From assembly GCF_009914755.1 (NCBI RefSeq), contig NC_060947.1: a DNA stretch of 64,000 nt; one strand, given 5' to 3'. A program made the position numbers and the translations under genes. Positions 1 through 18,569 of this stretch are shown one piece after another. Position 1 is the first letter of the stretch. The number at the start of each line of letters is the position of its first letter. The notes below the pieces were generated by a model, which searched no databases, had not been told where the DNA came from, and worked only from the letters and a program-made list of their open reading frames with translations. The stretch is from the human T2T-CHM13v2.0 reference genome, Homo sapiens.

Positions 1-1045
1 AACAAAAGCCAAAATTGAGAAATGGGATCTAATTAAACTAAAGAGCTTCTGCACAGCAAAAGAAACTACCATCAGAGTGAACAGGCAACCTACAGAATGG
101 GAGAAAATTTTTGCAATTTTCTTCTCTGACAAAGGGCTAATATCAAGAATCTACAAAGTACTCAAACAAATTTACAAGAAAAAATCAAACAACCCCATCA
201 AAAAGTGGGCGAAGGATATGAACAGACACTTCTCAAAAGAAGACATTTATGCAGCCAAAAAACACATGAAAAAATGCTCATCATCATTGGCAGTCAGAGA
301 AATGTAAATCAAAACCACAACGAGATACCATCTCACACCAGTTAGAATGACAATCATTAAAAAGTCAGGAAATAATAGGTACTGTAGAGGATGTGGAGAA
401 ATAGGAACACTTTTACACTGTTGGTGGGAGTGTAAACTAGTTCAACCATTGTGGAAGACAGTGTGGCAATTCCTCAAGGATCTAGAACTAGAAATACCAT
501 TTGACCCAGCCATCCCATTACTGGGTATATACCCAAAAGATTATAAATCATGCTGCTATAAAGACACATGCACACATGTGTTTATTGTGGCACTATTCAC
601 AATAGCAAAGACTTGGAACCCAGCCAAATGTCCAACAATGATAGATTGGATTAAGAAAATGTGGCACATATACACCATGGAATACTATGCAGCCATAAAA
701 AATGATGAGTTCATATCCTTTGTACGGACATGGATGAAGCTGGAAACCATCATTCTCAGCAAACTATCTCAGGGACAAAAAACCAAACACCATATGTTCT
801 CACTCATAGATGGGAATAGAACAATAAGAACACTTGGACACAGGAAGGGGAACATCACACACTGGGGCCTGTCGTGCGGTGGGGGGAGGGGAGAGGGAAT
901 AGCATTAGGAGATATACCTAAGGTTAAATGAGGAGTTAATGGGTGCAGCACACCAACATGGCACATGTATACATATGTAACAAACCTGCACGTTGTGCAC
1001 ATGTACCCTAGAACTTAAAGTACAATAAAAATAAAAAAGAAGAAA
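1..1045 (+). mobile_element. L1PA (primate LINE-1) 3' end: ORF2 C-terminus remnant, 3' UTR, A-rich tail
   Basis: ORFs 77-307 and 347-931 translate as ORF2p C-terminus ([28 protein letters not shown]). G-rich 3' UTR tract at ~880-900; AATAAA and A-tail at 1024-1050. Confidence 0.95.
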
Positions 1046-1049
1046 GAAA

Positions 1050-1260
1050 ACAAGCAAACTCACAGTTCCTTGGCTGTTCCATGAAGACTGCAGTGGCAAT
1101 CCACCTCCTTCAAAGGGTCTGCGGATTCTCTTGGTTTTCCTGGTATGTTCCTGTGGTAGTTTTTGGAGCAAAAGTTCATGATGTGGGTCTCTATACACTG
1201 CTCTGTCTGACTTACCGGGAGTTGCAAGTTAGTCCTGCCTCCTATCCACCATTTCCCCCT
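1050..1260 (-). mobile_element. 5' end fragment of an older primate L1 (L1PB/L1PA15-16-like)
   Basis: Reverse complement begins GGGAAATGGTGGATAGGAGGCAGGACTAACTTGCAACTCCC, resembling the 5' terminus of older L1 UTRs. Confidence 0.65.
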
Positions 1261-1274
1261 CTTCTGCAATACTA

Positions 1275-4200
1275 CTAATTGGGGTTTATTCCACATATGT
1301 TGGTTCAATTTTTGAAATTCAAATAATTTAATCCACCACATCATCATGTGAAAGAAAAAAAATCACATGCTTATAATCATTAGTGCAGAAAAAGTGTTTG
1401 ACCAAATCTAATACCTATTAATGATAAAAACTCTCAGTGAACTAGAAATAGAGAGCAAATACCTCAAGTCAACAAAAAATTTCTAAAAAAACCCTATAGC
1501 TAATATCACTTAATGATGAGATACTGTATGTTTTCTCCCCTAAGATGACAGCAAGGTAAGGATGTTCCCTCTCACCATTTCTGTTCAATAGCATACTGGA
1601 AGTTCTAGCTAATGCAGTAAGACAAGAAAGGGAAATACAGTATATGCAGATTGGAAAGAAAAAAATAAAACTATCATGGTGCACAGATAACATAAGTATC
1701 TATGTAGAAAATGACAAAGAATCAACAACAACAAAAACTCCTGGATGTAATGTGCTACTATTGTAAGGTCACGAGATACAAGATTAAAGTACAAAATCCA
1801 TTTTTTCCTTTATAACAGTGAGTAAAAATGAAAATTTGAAATTAATTTCAAATTCATAACACCATTTTACATCAAGAAAATAAAATAATTAGGTATAAGT
1901 GTAACAAAACATGTACAGAATCTATATATGCTAAATTATAAAATTATAGTAAAATTATTAATGATCTAAATGAACAGTGAAATAATATAGTTCATGAATT
2001 AGAACACTCAATATTTTTAAGATGCCAATTCTTTCTATGTTGATCTATATGGTAAATGTAATCTCAATCAGAATCCCAGCAAACTATTTGTAGATATTGA
2101 CAAAATTATTCTAATGTTGATATGGAATGGAAAAATAGCCACCAAAATATTAAAGAAAGACAAAGTTGAAGAATCATTACTGTTGTAATAAATGGTGCTA
2201 GTACAATTGGATGTTCACGTGTGAAAGCAATATAGACACAGACCTTACATCTTCCACAAAAATTAACTCCAAATGAATTGTAGACCTAAGTGTAAGACAG
2301 AAAACTGTGAAACCTCTAGAAGAAAATTAGATAGAATCTAGATTACATTGAATTTGATCATGAGAATTCAGATATAACATTTTACATGCTCTAAGCACAA
2401 TCCATGAAAAACATGTTAGATTTTATTATCACATAAAACTCCGCTCTGCAAGACACATTAAGAGAAAAAAAGACAAGCCACAAACTTGGAGAAAATATTT
2501 ATAAAACACATATTTGATAAATTGTATCCTAAACATAAAAAGGACACTTAAAACTTAACCACAAGAAAATAAACAACTCAATAAAAAAGTGGACCAAAAA
2601 ATCTCAACATAGAATTTACCAAAAAGACATATATATTGCAAGTGAGCATGTGAAAAAATGCTTATCATTATATATTCTGATAGAATTGCAAATTAAAGTA
2701 GAAATGAGATACCACTATGTACCTATTAAAATGGCTAAAATAAGAAAAAATCTTGACAATATCAAACATAGGCAAGGATTAACAGGAACTCTCATTTTTT
2801 GCTGATGAGACTGCAAAATGTTACAGCCACTTTGGAAGAAAGTTTGGCAGATTCTTTGCAAACTAAACATAGTCTTACTATACAATCCAACAGTCATGCG
2901 CTCAAGTATTTATCAGATAGAGTTGAAAATTTATATTGACACAAAAATTGTGCATGAATGTTTATAGCCACTTTATTCATTATGTCCCCAAACTGGAAGA
3001 AATCAAGAGTTTTCATAAATGGACACACAAATGGTAGCACATCAATATGATGACATTTTATTCACCAAAATAAATGAATGAGAAAATAAATAAATGAATA
3101 ATTAGCCATGAAGTCATGAAAAGATATACAGGGGCCTTAAGTGTATATGGTGCAGTAAAGGAGTCAGTCTGATAAGGCTAAACATTTTGTGATTCATGTT
3201 ATATACATTTGGGAAAAGACCAAACTGTAGCAACTGTAAAAATTTCAGTGGGTGCCAGAGGGTAGGTGTGTATAGAAGGAGTGGGGAAAGGATTAGGATG
3301 AATGGCGAAGTGCAGGAAATTTTCAGACTGGCAAGACTATTTTGTGTCATACTGCATGGGTGGATATATGAAATTATGCATATATCAAGGCATCCAGAAC
3401 TTTATGATACAATGTGAAACTTAATATATGCAGATTTTAATAAATCATATAGTTGATTGCATTATATTAGGAATAAATTTATGCTGCAACAAAAGAATCA
3501 AACTGTATTACAAATGTATGAAATAACTCACTAAATGGAGTGGGGAAAAATTTCTCACCTAAGTAACTACGAATGTATAAAATATGCCAGTTTAAAGACA
3601 GAATAAACTGTACACAAGTAATATACTCTACTAAATAAAATTTTTCCCATGGGGGTATGGTGAACAATTCTGATACTGCTATGCAAGTATACTGAAATTA
3701 ATAATTAAGTAAATGGACAGCAAATTGAGGGAGCCAGTTTTTTTCTTTAACAATTGGAATGGACATTCACAACTTAGCAAAGGAGAAGGCTGGAATAATC
3801 CATATAGCAATGGGTTAGAGTTGAAGACTTCAGTAAGATCTCATGTTAAATCAATAAAAAAGCAGATGTATATATATATATGCATATATATGTATACATA
3901 TATATATGCATATATATGTATACATATATATATGCATACCTATATGCATATACACAGGCTAGTGTGCATACAAGTATTGCTTTGCTCCACCAACTAAGAG
4001 TGCCTAAAAGAAATTATATTCCAGTAGCAACAAGCACACCTAACCCTCAGATCTTAATCTCCAATATTATTCTCCAATAAGGAACTAGAGCTCCGTGGAG
4101 AAACAGCTTCCTCTAGGACTGAGGCAGGAAACATAGAAAATGATCCAAGAGGTTATATTGTCAAAAGTAAGGAAATACTTAAACAAAACGTCACATTGAG

Positions 4201-5010
4201 TGGGTATGTCAAAAGGATGGAAGCTATCTGAAAGATCGAGCCATAGCATAAGCTGAAAAAGTTTGAGCAACAAGATAAATAAATAAAATAGTATTCAATT
4301 ATAACCCCAAAAGTAAAATAGATATTCATGAATCCATAGTGATATAAATGATTGAATAAATTAAAAACAGAGGAGAAAAATCTCTTGTGCAGAAGAATTC
4401 CAAATAAATTATGTAGATACTATACCCTAAAGGAGGGGGAGCAGAAATACCCACTCCTTAAATGCATACTGCACATACTAACTTGCTTTGAAAGGATACA
4501 GGATGAACTTAGGGAAGAAACATAAAATTTTACAATGAAGAAGCCTGACAAACTACTTCTACTAGCTGATCAAGATTGACATCAATAGATATAAATCATG
4601 TGGACACAGTGTGTCCTTGATGTAATGTGATACATTTTACCTCTGTATGACATTATGTCAATGTGATTTTACCTCTGTGATCTTGCTTCCAAAAACCCAA
4701 AGTCCCAGTATAATTAGAAAAAAAAAGCATTAAAAAATTCTAGTGGCGGGGCATAATTAATGAGTACTCCTCAGAACTTTCAAGGACATCAAAATCAAGA
4801 AAAACGGTCATAGCCAAAACGTCCTAAGTAGACATAACAACTAAATGTAATATAGTACATTGGATGAGATTCTGGAATAAGAAAAGGACATTAGGTAAAA
4901 ATGAAGGAACTCTGAGTAAACTATAGACTTTAGTTGATCATAATATATTAATATTGTTCATAAATTGTAACAGATGCACCATGCCAATGTAAGACGTTAA
5001 TAATAGAGGA
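1275..5010 (+). mobile_element. Ancient, degenerate L1 (L1MC-like): ORF2 3' half and long 3' UTR
   Basis: Diverged ORF2-like motifs (gcagaaaaagtgtttgaccaaatc, ctggaagttctagctaatgcagtaagacaagaa) followed by L1MC-type 3' UTR sequence; A-rich plus strand. Confidence 0.75.
3868..3955. repeat. (TA)-rich microsatellite with TGCA/GTATAC interruptions
   Basis: Directly visible. Confidence 0.9.
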
Positions 5011-5051
5011 CAGAAAAATATCTAATAAACTCCAAAACCTTTCCCCAGGTG

Positions 5052-5074
5052 ACACACAGACACATACACACGTG

Positions 5075-5112
<38 letters not shown>
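5052..5112. repeat. (CA)n microsatellite
   Basis: Directly visible. Confidence 0.95.
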
Positions 5113-7556
5113 AATAACCACCAAAAATGACTAAATTAAGCTTTGGAAAACATTCAAAAGTCTACGGCAACCAAGCAAATAACCCATCAACATAAAGCCA
5201 TATTCAAACTGACAGGAAATTTTATTGCATTTTTACAAGCTCTGACCCAGCTCTTTCCCTGGCACAGTATTTAGTTTGAGCCTGGAAGACGTGGCAACCC
5301 AGTTCCAAATTCACTCCCTCAAATTCAAGGGAGCAAAACAGATTATACTTGTAATGTTCTAATCCATATAATCCAACATAAAGGACTAGTTTCTGTTCTG
5401 CTTAACTCTGATGTCAGTCAAGGAAAAGCATCATAACTCAGAATAAGTTCAGCAGAAAGCAGTGGCACTGCTTTTAAAAGCTGCTGGGTGTCTATTGAGC
5501 TGCACACACCTGGTGCAAAGATTATAGGTGAGAATGGCTGGCAAGATGGATGAATAGGAACAGCTCCGGTCTGCAGCTCCCAGCGAGATCTATGCAGAAG
5601 GCAGGTGATTTCTGCATTTTCGACTGAAGCACCCAGCTCATCTCATTGACACTGGTTAGACAGTGGGTGCAGCCCATGGAGGGTGAGCCAAAGCAGGGTG
5701 GGGTGTTGCCTCACCCAGGAAGCACAAGGGGTTGGGGAACTTCCTCCTCTAACCAAGGGAAACCGTGAGGGACTGTGCCATGAGGAATGGTGCATTCTGG
5801 CCCACATACTACACTTTTCCCATGGTCTTCACAATCCACAATCCAGGAGATTCCCTCAGGTGCCAACACCACCAGGGCCCTGGGTTTCAAGCACAAAACT
5901 GGGTGGCCATTTGGGCAGACACTGAGCTAGCTGCAGGGGTTTCTTTTCATACCACAGTGGTGCCTGGAATGCCAGTGAGACAGAACCATTCACTTCCCTG
6001 GAAAGGGGGCTGAAGCCAGAGAGCCAAGTAGTCTAGCTCAGCGGATCCCACCCCCATGGAGCCCAGCTAGCTATGATTCACTGGCTTGAAATGCTCACTG
6101 ACAGCACAGCACTCTGAAGTCTACCAGGGATGTCTGAGCTTGGTGGGGGAAGGGGAGTCCTCCATTACTGAAGCTTGAGTAGGCAGTTTTCCACTCACAG
6201 TGTAAACAAAGCTGATGGGAAGTTCAAACTGGGCAAAGCCCTCTGCAGCTTGGCAAACCCGCTGTAGCCAGACTGCCTTTCTAGATTCCTCCTCTCTTGG
6301 CAGGGCATCTCTGAAAGAAAAGCAGCAACTCCACTCAGGGGCTTATAGATAAAACTCCCATCGCCCTGGGACAGAGCACGTGGGAAAAGTGGCAGCTGTG
6401 GGCACAGCTTTGACAGACTTAAACGTTCCTACCTGCCAGCTCTGAAGAGAGCAGTGGATTTCCCAGCACAGTGCTTGAGCTCTGCTAAGGGACAGACTGC
6501 CTCCTCAAGTGGGTCCCTGACCTCCATGTCACCTGACTGGGAGACACTTCCCAGCAGGGGACGATGGACACCACATACAGGAGAGCTCTGGCTGGCATCT
6601 GACGGGTGCCCCTCTCGGATGAAGCTTCCAGAGGAAGCAATCATTTGCTGTTCTGCTGTCTCCACTGGTGATATCCAGGCAAACAGGGTCAGGAATGGAC
6701 CTCCAGCAAACTCCAGCAGACCTGCAGCTGAGGGGCCTGACTGTTAGAAAGAAAACTAACAAACAGAAAGGAATAGCATCAACATCAATAAAAAGCATGT
6801 TCACACAAAAAACCCATCTGAAAGTAACCAACATCAAAGACCCAAAGGTAGATAAATTCACAAACATGAGGAAAAACCAGTGCAAAAAGTGGAAAATTTT
6901 TAAAACCAGAATGCCTGTCCTCATCCAAAGAATCACGACTCCTCTCCAGCAATGGAACAAAACTGGATGGAGAATGAGTTTGACAAATTGACAGAAGTAG
7001 GCTTCAGAAGGTGGCTAACAACAAACTCCTCCAAGCTAAAGGAGCATGTTCTAACACAGTGCAGGAAGCTAAGAACCTTGAAAAAAGGTTAGACGAATTG
7101 CTAACTAGAATAACCAGTATAGAGAAGAACATAAATGATCTAATGGAGCTGAAAAACACAACACGAGAACTTCATGATGCATACACAAGTTTCAATAGCC
7201 TAATCAATCAAGTGGAAGAAAAGATATCATACAGTGAAGATCAATTTAATGAAATAAAGCATGAAGACAAGATTAGAGAAAGAAGAATGAAAAGGAATGA
7301 ACAAAGTCTCCAAGAAATATGAGACTATATGAAAAGACCAAACCTACATTTGATTGGTGTACCTGAAAGTGACAGGGAGAATGGAACCAAGTTGGAAAAC
7401 ACTCTTCAAGATATCATCCAGGATCATCCAGGAGAACTTCCCCAACCTAGCAAGACAGACCAACATACAAATTCAGGAAATACAGAGAACACCACAAAGA
7501 TACTCCTAAAGAAGAGCAACCACAAGACACATAATTGTCAGATTCACCAAGATTGA

Positions 7557-7984
<428 letters not shown>

Positions 7985-8349
7985 ATATTTAACATTCTTA
8001 AAGAAAATAATTTTCAACCCAGAATTTCATATCCAGCCAAACTAAGCTTCATAAGCAAAGGAGAAATAAAATCCTTTACAGACAGGCAAATGTTGAGAGA
8101 TTTTGTCACCACCAGGTATGCCTTACAAGAGTTCCTGAAAAAAATCACTAAATATTAAAAATAAAAACTGGTGCAAGCCACTGCAAAAACATACCAAATT
8201 GTGAAGACCACCGATAGTATGAAGAAACTACATCCACTAATGGGCAAAATAACCAGCTAGCATCATAATGACAGGAACAAATTCACACACAAAAATATTA
8301 ACCTGAAATGTAAATGGGCTAAATGCCCCAATTAAAAGACACAGAATGG

Positions 8350-12352
<4,003 letters not shown>

Positions 12353-14065
12353 AGGATATAAAATCAATATGCAAAAATGACAAGCATTCTTATACATCAA
12401 TAATAGACTAGCAGAGAGCCATATCATGAGTGAACTCCCATTCACAACTGCTACAAAGAGAATAAAATGCTTAAAAATACAACTCACAGGGGATGTGAAG
12501 GACCTCTTCAAGGAGAACTACAATCCACTGCTCAATTAAATAAGGGAGGACACAAGCAAATGGAAGAACATTCCATGTTCATGGATAGGAAGAATCAATA
12601 TGATGAAAATGGCCATGCTGTCCAAAATAATTTATAAATTCAATGCTGTTCCCATCAAGCTACAACTGAGTTTCTTCACAGTATTAGAAAAAATTACTTT
12701 AAACTTTATATGGAACCAAAAAAGATCCTATATAGCCAAGACAATCCTAAGCAAAAAGAACAAAGCTGTAGGCATCATGCTACCTGACTTGAAACTATAC
12801 TACAAGGCTACAGTAATCAAAACAGCATGGTACTGGTACCAAAACAGATATATAGACCAATTGAACAGAACAGAGGCCTCAGAAATAATGCCACCCATCT
12901 ACAACCATCTGATATTTGACAAAGCTGACAAAAACAAGCAATGAGGAAAGATTCCCTATTTAATAAATGGTGTTGGAAAACTGGCTAGGCATATACAGAA
13001 AACTGAAGCTGGACCCCTTCCTTACACGTTATACAAAAATTTACTCAAGGTGGACTAAAGACTTAAACTGAAGATCTAAAACCATAAAAACCCTAGAAGA
13101 AAACCTAGGCGATACCATTCAGGACATAGGCATGGGCAAAGACTTCATGACTAAAACACAAAAAGCAATGCAACAAAAGCCAAAATTGACAAATGGAATC
13201 TAATTAAACTAAAGAGCTTCTGTACAGCAAAAGGAACTATCATCAGAGTGAACAGGCAACCTACAGAATGGGAGCAAATTTTTGCAATCTATCCATCTGA
13301 CAAAGGGCTAATATCCAGAATCTACAAGGAACTTAAACAAATTTACAAGAAGAAAACAAACAACCCTATCAATAGGTAGACAAAAGATATGAACAGACAC
13401 TTCTCAAGAGAAGACGTTTGTACAGCCAACAAACATATGAAAAAAAGCTCATCATCACTGGTCATCAGAGAAATGCAAGTCAAAACCACAATGAGATACC
13501 ATCTCATGTCAGTTAGAATGGTGATCCTTAAAAAGTCAAAAACAACAGATGCTGGAGTGGATGTTGAGAAATAGGAAAGCTTTTACACTATTGGTGGTAG
13601 TGTAAATTAGTTCAACCTTTGTGGAAGACAGTATGGCGATTCCTCAAGGATCTAGAACCAGAAATACCATTTGAGCCAGCAATCCCATTACTGGGTATAT
13701 ACCCAAAGGATTATAAATTATTCTACTATAAAGACACACTCACACTTGTTTATTGCAGCACTATTTACAATAGCAAAGTCTTGGAACCAACCCAAATGTC
13801 CATCAATGATAGATTGGATAAAGCAAATGTGGCACATATGCACCATTGAATACTAGGCAGCGATAAAAAAGGATGAGTTGATGTCCTTTGCAGGGACATG
13901 GATGAAGCTGGAAACCATCATTCTCAGCAAACTAACACAGGGACAGAAAACCAATATCACATGTTCTCACTCATAAGTGGGAGTTGAACAATGAGAACAG
14001 ATGGACACAGGAAGGGGAACATCACACACTGGGGCCTGTTGGGAGGTGGGGGATAGGGGAGGGAT

Positions 14066-14344
14066 ATCATAAGGAGAAATGCCTAATGTAGATGACTGGT
14101 TGATGGATGCAGCAAACAACCATGGCACATTTATAACTACGTATCTCAGAACTTAAAGTATAATAATAAAAAAAGATTATAGGTGAGATACAAAATAGGC
14201 CATCATCATTAGGAGAAATACCTAATGTAGATGACTGGTTGATGGGTGCAGCAAACCACCATGGCACATTTATAACTATGTATCCCAGAACTTAAAGTAG
14301 AATAATAAAAGAATGATTATAGGTGAGATACACAATAGGCCATC
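14066..14344 (+). repeat. ~140-bp tandem duplication of L1 3' end, poly(A) and flank
   Basis: Units 14066-14204 and 14205-14344 are near-identical. Confidence 0.95.
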
Positions 14345-14837
14345 TAATACTATGAGGAGAAGCTGGAGTGAGACTCTTTTGAAAATTAAGGCATGTGAAT
14401 GCAGCCGTGTAGGAGTGATGTCAGTAGAATTGTGGACTAGGAAGCTCCAATACATTGTTCCCCCAAGGAAATATTGAAAAGCAACCAAAATTTGGCTAAA
14501 ACAATCTTCTGGGAACCCTGAAAAAGAGTCAACAACTAAGTGAAAGGACAATAAAGAAAAAAACACATACCAAATAGTAAAACATTTTTTAGTATTTTTC
14601 TCACTCCACCTACCTTCCCCCAGAGTGTCATAGTCTTGCTCTGGAGGAGGCAGTAGCCCAGTTCTTAACTTCCACCTTCCAACTGGAGGAAGAAAAGAGG
14701 ACAATATTTTCATGTCCTAAACTGTCTGAGAGCTGCCTGAAGAACAAGCCTCTGTTGTATCTATCTTACAGCTCATGTCAGAAAAAGCAGCAGAAAGCAG
14801 CAAACAGGGCTTATAAAATCTGTAGAAGGACTAGGAT

Positions 14838-15407
14838 TGTGATGGTTAATATTCAGTGTCAACTTGATTGTATTAAAGGATGCAAAGTATTGTTTCTGGG
14901 TGTATCTGGGTGTTTCTGGGTGTTACCAGGAGAGATTAACATTTGAGTCAGTGGATTGGGAGAGGAAGACCCATCCTCAGGAAAACTCAAAGAGCACCAT
15001 CCAGTTGGCTGCCAGCATAGCTAGAAAAAGCAGGCAGAAGAAAATGGATGAAGCTGACTTGCTGAGTCTTCTGGCCTTCATCTTTCTCCCATGCTGGATG
15101 CTTCCTGCACTTGAACATCAGATTACAAGTTCTTCAGCTTTTTCGACTCTTGGACTTACATCAGTGTCTTGCCAGGTGCTCTTGGGCCTTTGGCCACAGA
15201 CCAAATGCTGCACTGTTGGCTTACTTACTTTTGAGGCTTTGGGATTTGGACTGAGCCACCACTGGTTTTCTTGCTCCTCAACTTGCAGATGGCCTATCGT
15301 GGAACTTCAACTTGCAATTGTGTGAGTCAATTATTCTTATTAAACTCCTTGTTGTATATTTATATATCCTATTAGTTCTGTCCCTCTATAGAACCCAGAC
15401 TAATAAA
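14838..15407 (+). mobile_element. MLT2A-type solo LTR (ERVL)
   Basis: Starts TGTGATGGTTAATATTCAGTGTCAACTTGATTG and ends gaacccagactaata; 5-bp TSD aggat/agcat. Confidence 0.85.
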
Positions 15408-15528
15408 AGCATCCACAAATGTCTGGGCCAAGATGTTACAAATGGAGATGTACACTCAACCATTGAAGGCTGTGAGGAAAAGCTGAGGTGACAGTGTTTG
15501 GAAAATTAAAATATTTAAAGCAGCCATG

Positions 15529-16638
15529 TATTGGTGGAACCAGCCCCCAATATTTCAACATGGGTTCTTTCTATGTTCTCTAAGTGTAGGCTGGTCTGAC
15601 AAATAAAGAGAAAGAGTACAAATAGAGGAATTTTACAGCTGGGCCTCCAGGGGTAACATCACATATCGGTAGGTCCATGATATCCCCTGAGCCTCAAAAC
15701 CAGCAAGTTTTCATTACAGATTTCAAAAGGGGAGGGGGTGTATGAATAGGGAGTAGGTCACAAAGATCACATGCTTCTGAGGCCAATAAAGATCACAAGG
15801 CAAAGGGCAAAGCAAGATCACAAGGCAAAGGCAAAATTAGAATTACTGATGAGGGTCTATATTTGGCTGTGCACATATTGTCTTGATAAACATCTTAAAC
15901 AACAGAAAACAGGGTTCGAGAGCAGAGAACTGGTCAGACCTCAAATTCACCAAGGTGGGATTTTTTTCCCACCCTAATAAGCCTGAGGGTACTGCAGGAG
16001 ACCAGGGCGTATTTCGGTCCTATCTCAACCACATAAGACAGACACTCCCAGGGTGGACATTTATAGACCTCCCCCCAGGAAAGCAATTCTTTTCCTAGGG
16101 TCTTAATATTTAATATTCCTTGCTAGGAGAAGAATTTAGTGATATCTCTCCTACTTGCACGTCCATTTATAGGCTCTCTGCAAGAAGAAAAATATGGCTC
16201 TATTCTGCCAGAGCCCGCAGGCAGTCAGACCTTGTGGTTGTCTTCCCTTTTTCCCTAAAATGGCTGTTATTCTGTTCTTTTTCAAGGTGCACTGATTTCA
16301 TATTGTTCAAACACACATGTTTTACAATCAATTTGTACAATTAGATACAATTATAGTGGTCCTGAGGTGACGTACATCCTCAGCTTATGAAGATAACAGG
16401 ATTAAGAGATTAAAGTAAAACAGGCCTAAGAAATTAAAAAAGTATTAATTTTGGGAACTGATAAATGTCCATGAAATCTTCACAATTTATGTTCAAAGAC
16501 TGAAGTAAAGACAGGTGTAAGAAATTATAAGAGTATTATTAGGGAAGTGATAAATGCCCATGAAATCTTCACAATTTATGTCCCTCTGCCGCGGCTCCAA
16601 CTGGTCCCTCCATTCAGGGTCCCTGACTTCCTGCAACA
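15529..16638 (-). mobile_element. MER11 solo LTR (ERVK/HML-8)
   Basis: Reverse complement starts TGTTGCAGGAAGTCAGGGACCC; ~1.1 kb; perfect 6-bp TSD gccatg (15523-15528, 16639-16644), typical of ERVK. Confidence 0.9.
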
Positions 16639-16961
16639 GCCATGTATGTGAGAGAATTGAAAAAGCAACATATAAGCCCAGGCAATATGTATGCTCAGAA
16701 AAGAAGTGAAGAGATATTAATCTTTCTACTCAGGCTGATCCCTAGGGTCAGAACCTGCCCTGCTAATTAGTGAAAGACTTCCCAGGTACAAGCAGTCTGC
16801 AAAGATTGGAAGAGGTGGCTTTTTTCCAAATGTGCAATTTTCAATAGCAACTGCAAAAACAACAACAAAAACCCACCGGGCATTCATAGAAACAGGAAAA
16901 CATAGTGTATTGAAATAAATAAATTAAAGTGGTGAAAATCAACACTCAGGAAACACAGACA

Positions 16962-17259
16962 GGCTGAGTGTGATAGCTCATGCCTGTAATCCCAGCATTT
17001 GGGAGGCTGAGGTGGGTGGATCACTTGAGATCAGGAGTTCAACACCAACCTGCCCAACATAGTGAAACCCCGTCTCTACTAAAATTACAAAAATTAGCTG
17101 GGTGTGTTGACAAGCACTTGTAGTCCCAGCTACTTGGGAAGCCTGAAGAAGGAGAATCACTTGAACCTGGGAGGCGGAGGCTGCAGTGAGCTGAAATCAT
17201 GCCACCGTGCTGCAGTCTGGGAAACAGAGTTAGACTCTGTCTCAAAAAGAAAAGAAAAG
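16962..17259 (+). mobile_element. AluS
   Basis: Full Alu dimer with A-tail; TSD gaaacacag(a/g)ca. Confidence 0.95.
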
Positions 17260-17348
17260 AAACACAGGCATCAGAATAACTAGACAAAGTAATTAAAACA
17301 ACAGACTTAAATATGCTCAAATTGCCAAAATATACAGACAAAAAACTA

Positions 17349-17681
<333 letters not shown>

Positions 17682-18229
17682 TTACAAAGAAAAATTATAA
17701 AATGAGACCAAACAAATTTGGGAGCTTAAAAATTCAATAACTGGATTTAAAAATTCATTAGAGAACTTCAACAAATGACTCAAGCACACAGAAAAAAGAA
17801 TCATTGAATTCAAAAATAGAACAATTAAAATTATTGAGTATGAGGAGAAGAAAATGAAGAAAAGTGGGCAAAACCTAAGGAACACAAGACACTATCAAAA
17901 GGACCAATATATATATTATAGAATTTCCAGAAAGAGAAGAGTGAAAGAACGGGGCAGAGGGCTTATTTGAATAAATAATTGGCTAAATATTTCTCATATT
18001 TGAGAAAAGATATAAATACAAATAAAAGGAAGTCAACAAATTTCAAGTAGTATAAACCCAAAGAGACCCAGACAGAAACACATTATAATCAAACTGTCAA
18101 AATTCAAAGACAAAGAAAGTATCTTTAAAGTAGCAAGATAAAAGCTACTTGTCACATACAAGGGAATCTCAATAAGATTTTCAAAAGATTTATCAGCAGA
18201 AATCATGGAAGCTATTGGGCAGTGGGATG

Positions 18230-18410
18230 TATTGAAAAAAATAAAAGCCAAATTGTGTAAAATATTTGAGGAGGTTTCCTCTGAGCCAAAAGTTAAGACA
18301 ATGACCCATGACACAGCCTCAGGAGATCCTAAGAACATGTACACAAGGTGTTTTGGTTACAGCTTGGTTTTATACATTTTATGAAGATAAATTTTATACA
18401 TTTTATGACT
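18230..18410 (-). mobile_element. MER4-group LTR 3' fragment
   Basis: ccatgacacagcctcaggagatcctaagaacatg...cagcttggttttatacatttt is antisense to the U5-proximal part of MER4 LTRs (compare 20690-20760). Confidence 0.6.
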
Positions 18411-18569
18411 CAACCTGGCCTACAAGAAATGGAAAATCATGTCAATTATTTAAGATGAAATAAAAGGATACTAAACAGTAACTTGAAGTCATATGAAGAT
18501 ATAAAAATATCTGATAAAGGTAAATACAGGAGCAAATATATGAAAACAGCATTATTGAGTAATTAAAAT

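Noticed and set aside
16395-16582. ~100-bp internal repeat (gataaatg.ccatgaaatcttcacaatttatgt x2)
   Set aside because: Internal to MER11; recalled as part of the family consensus.
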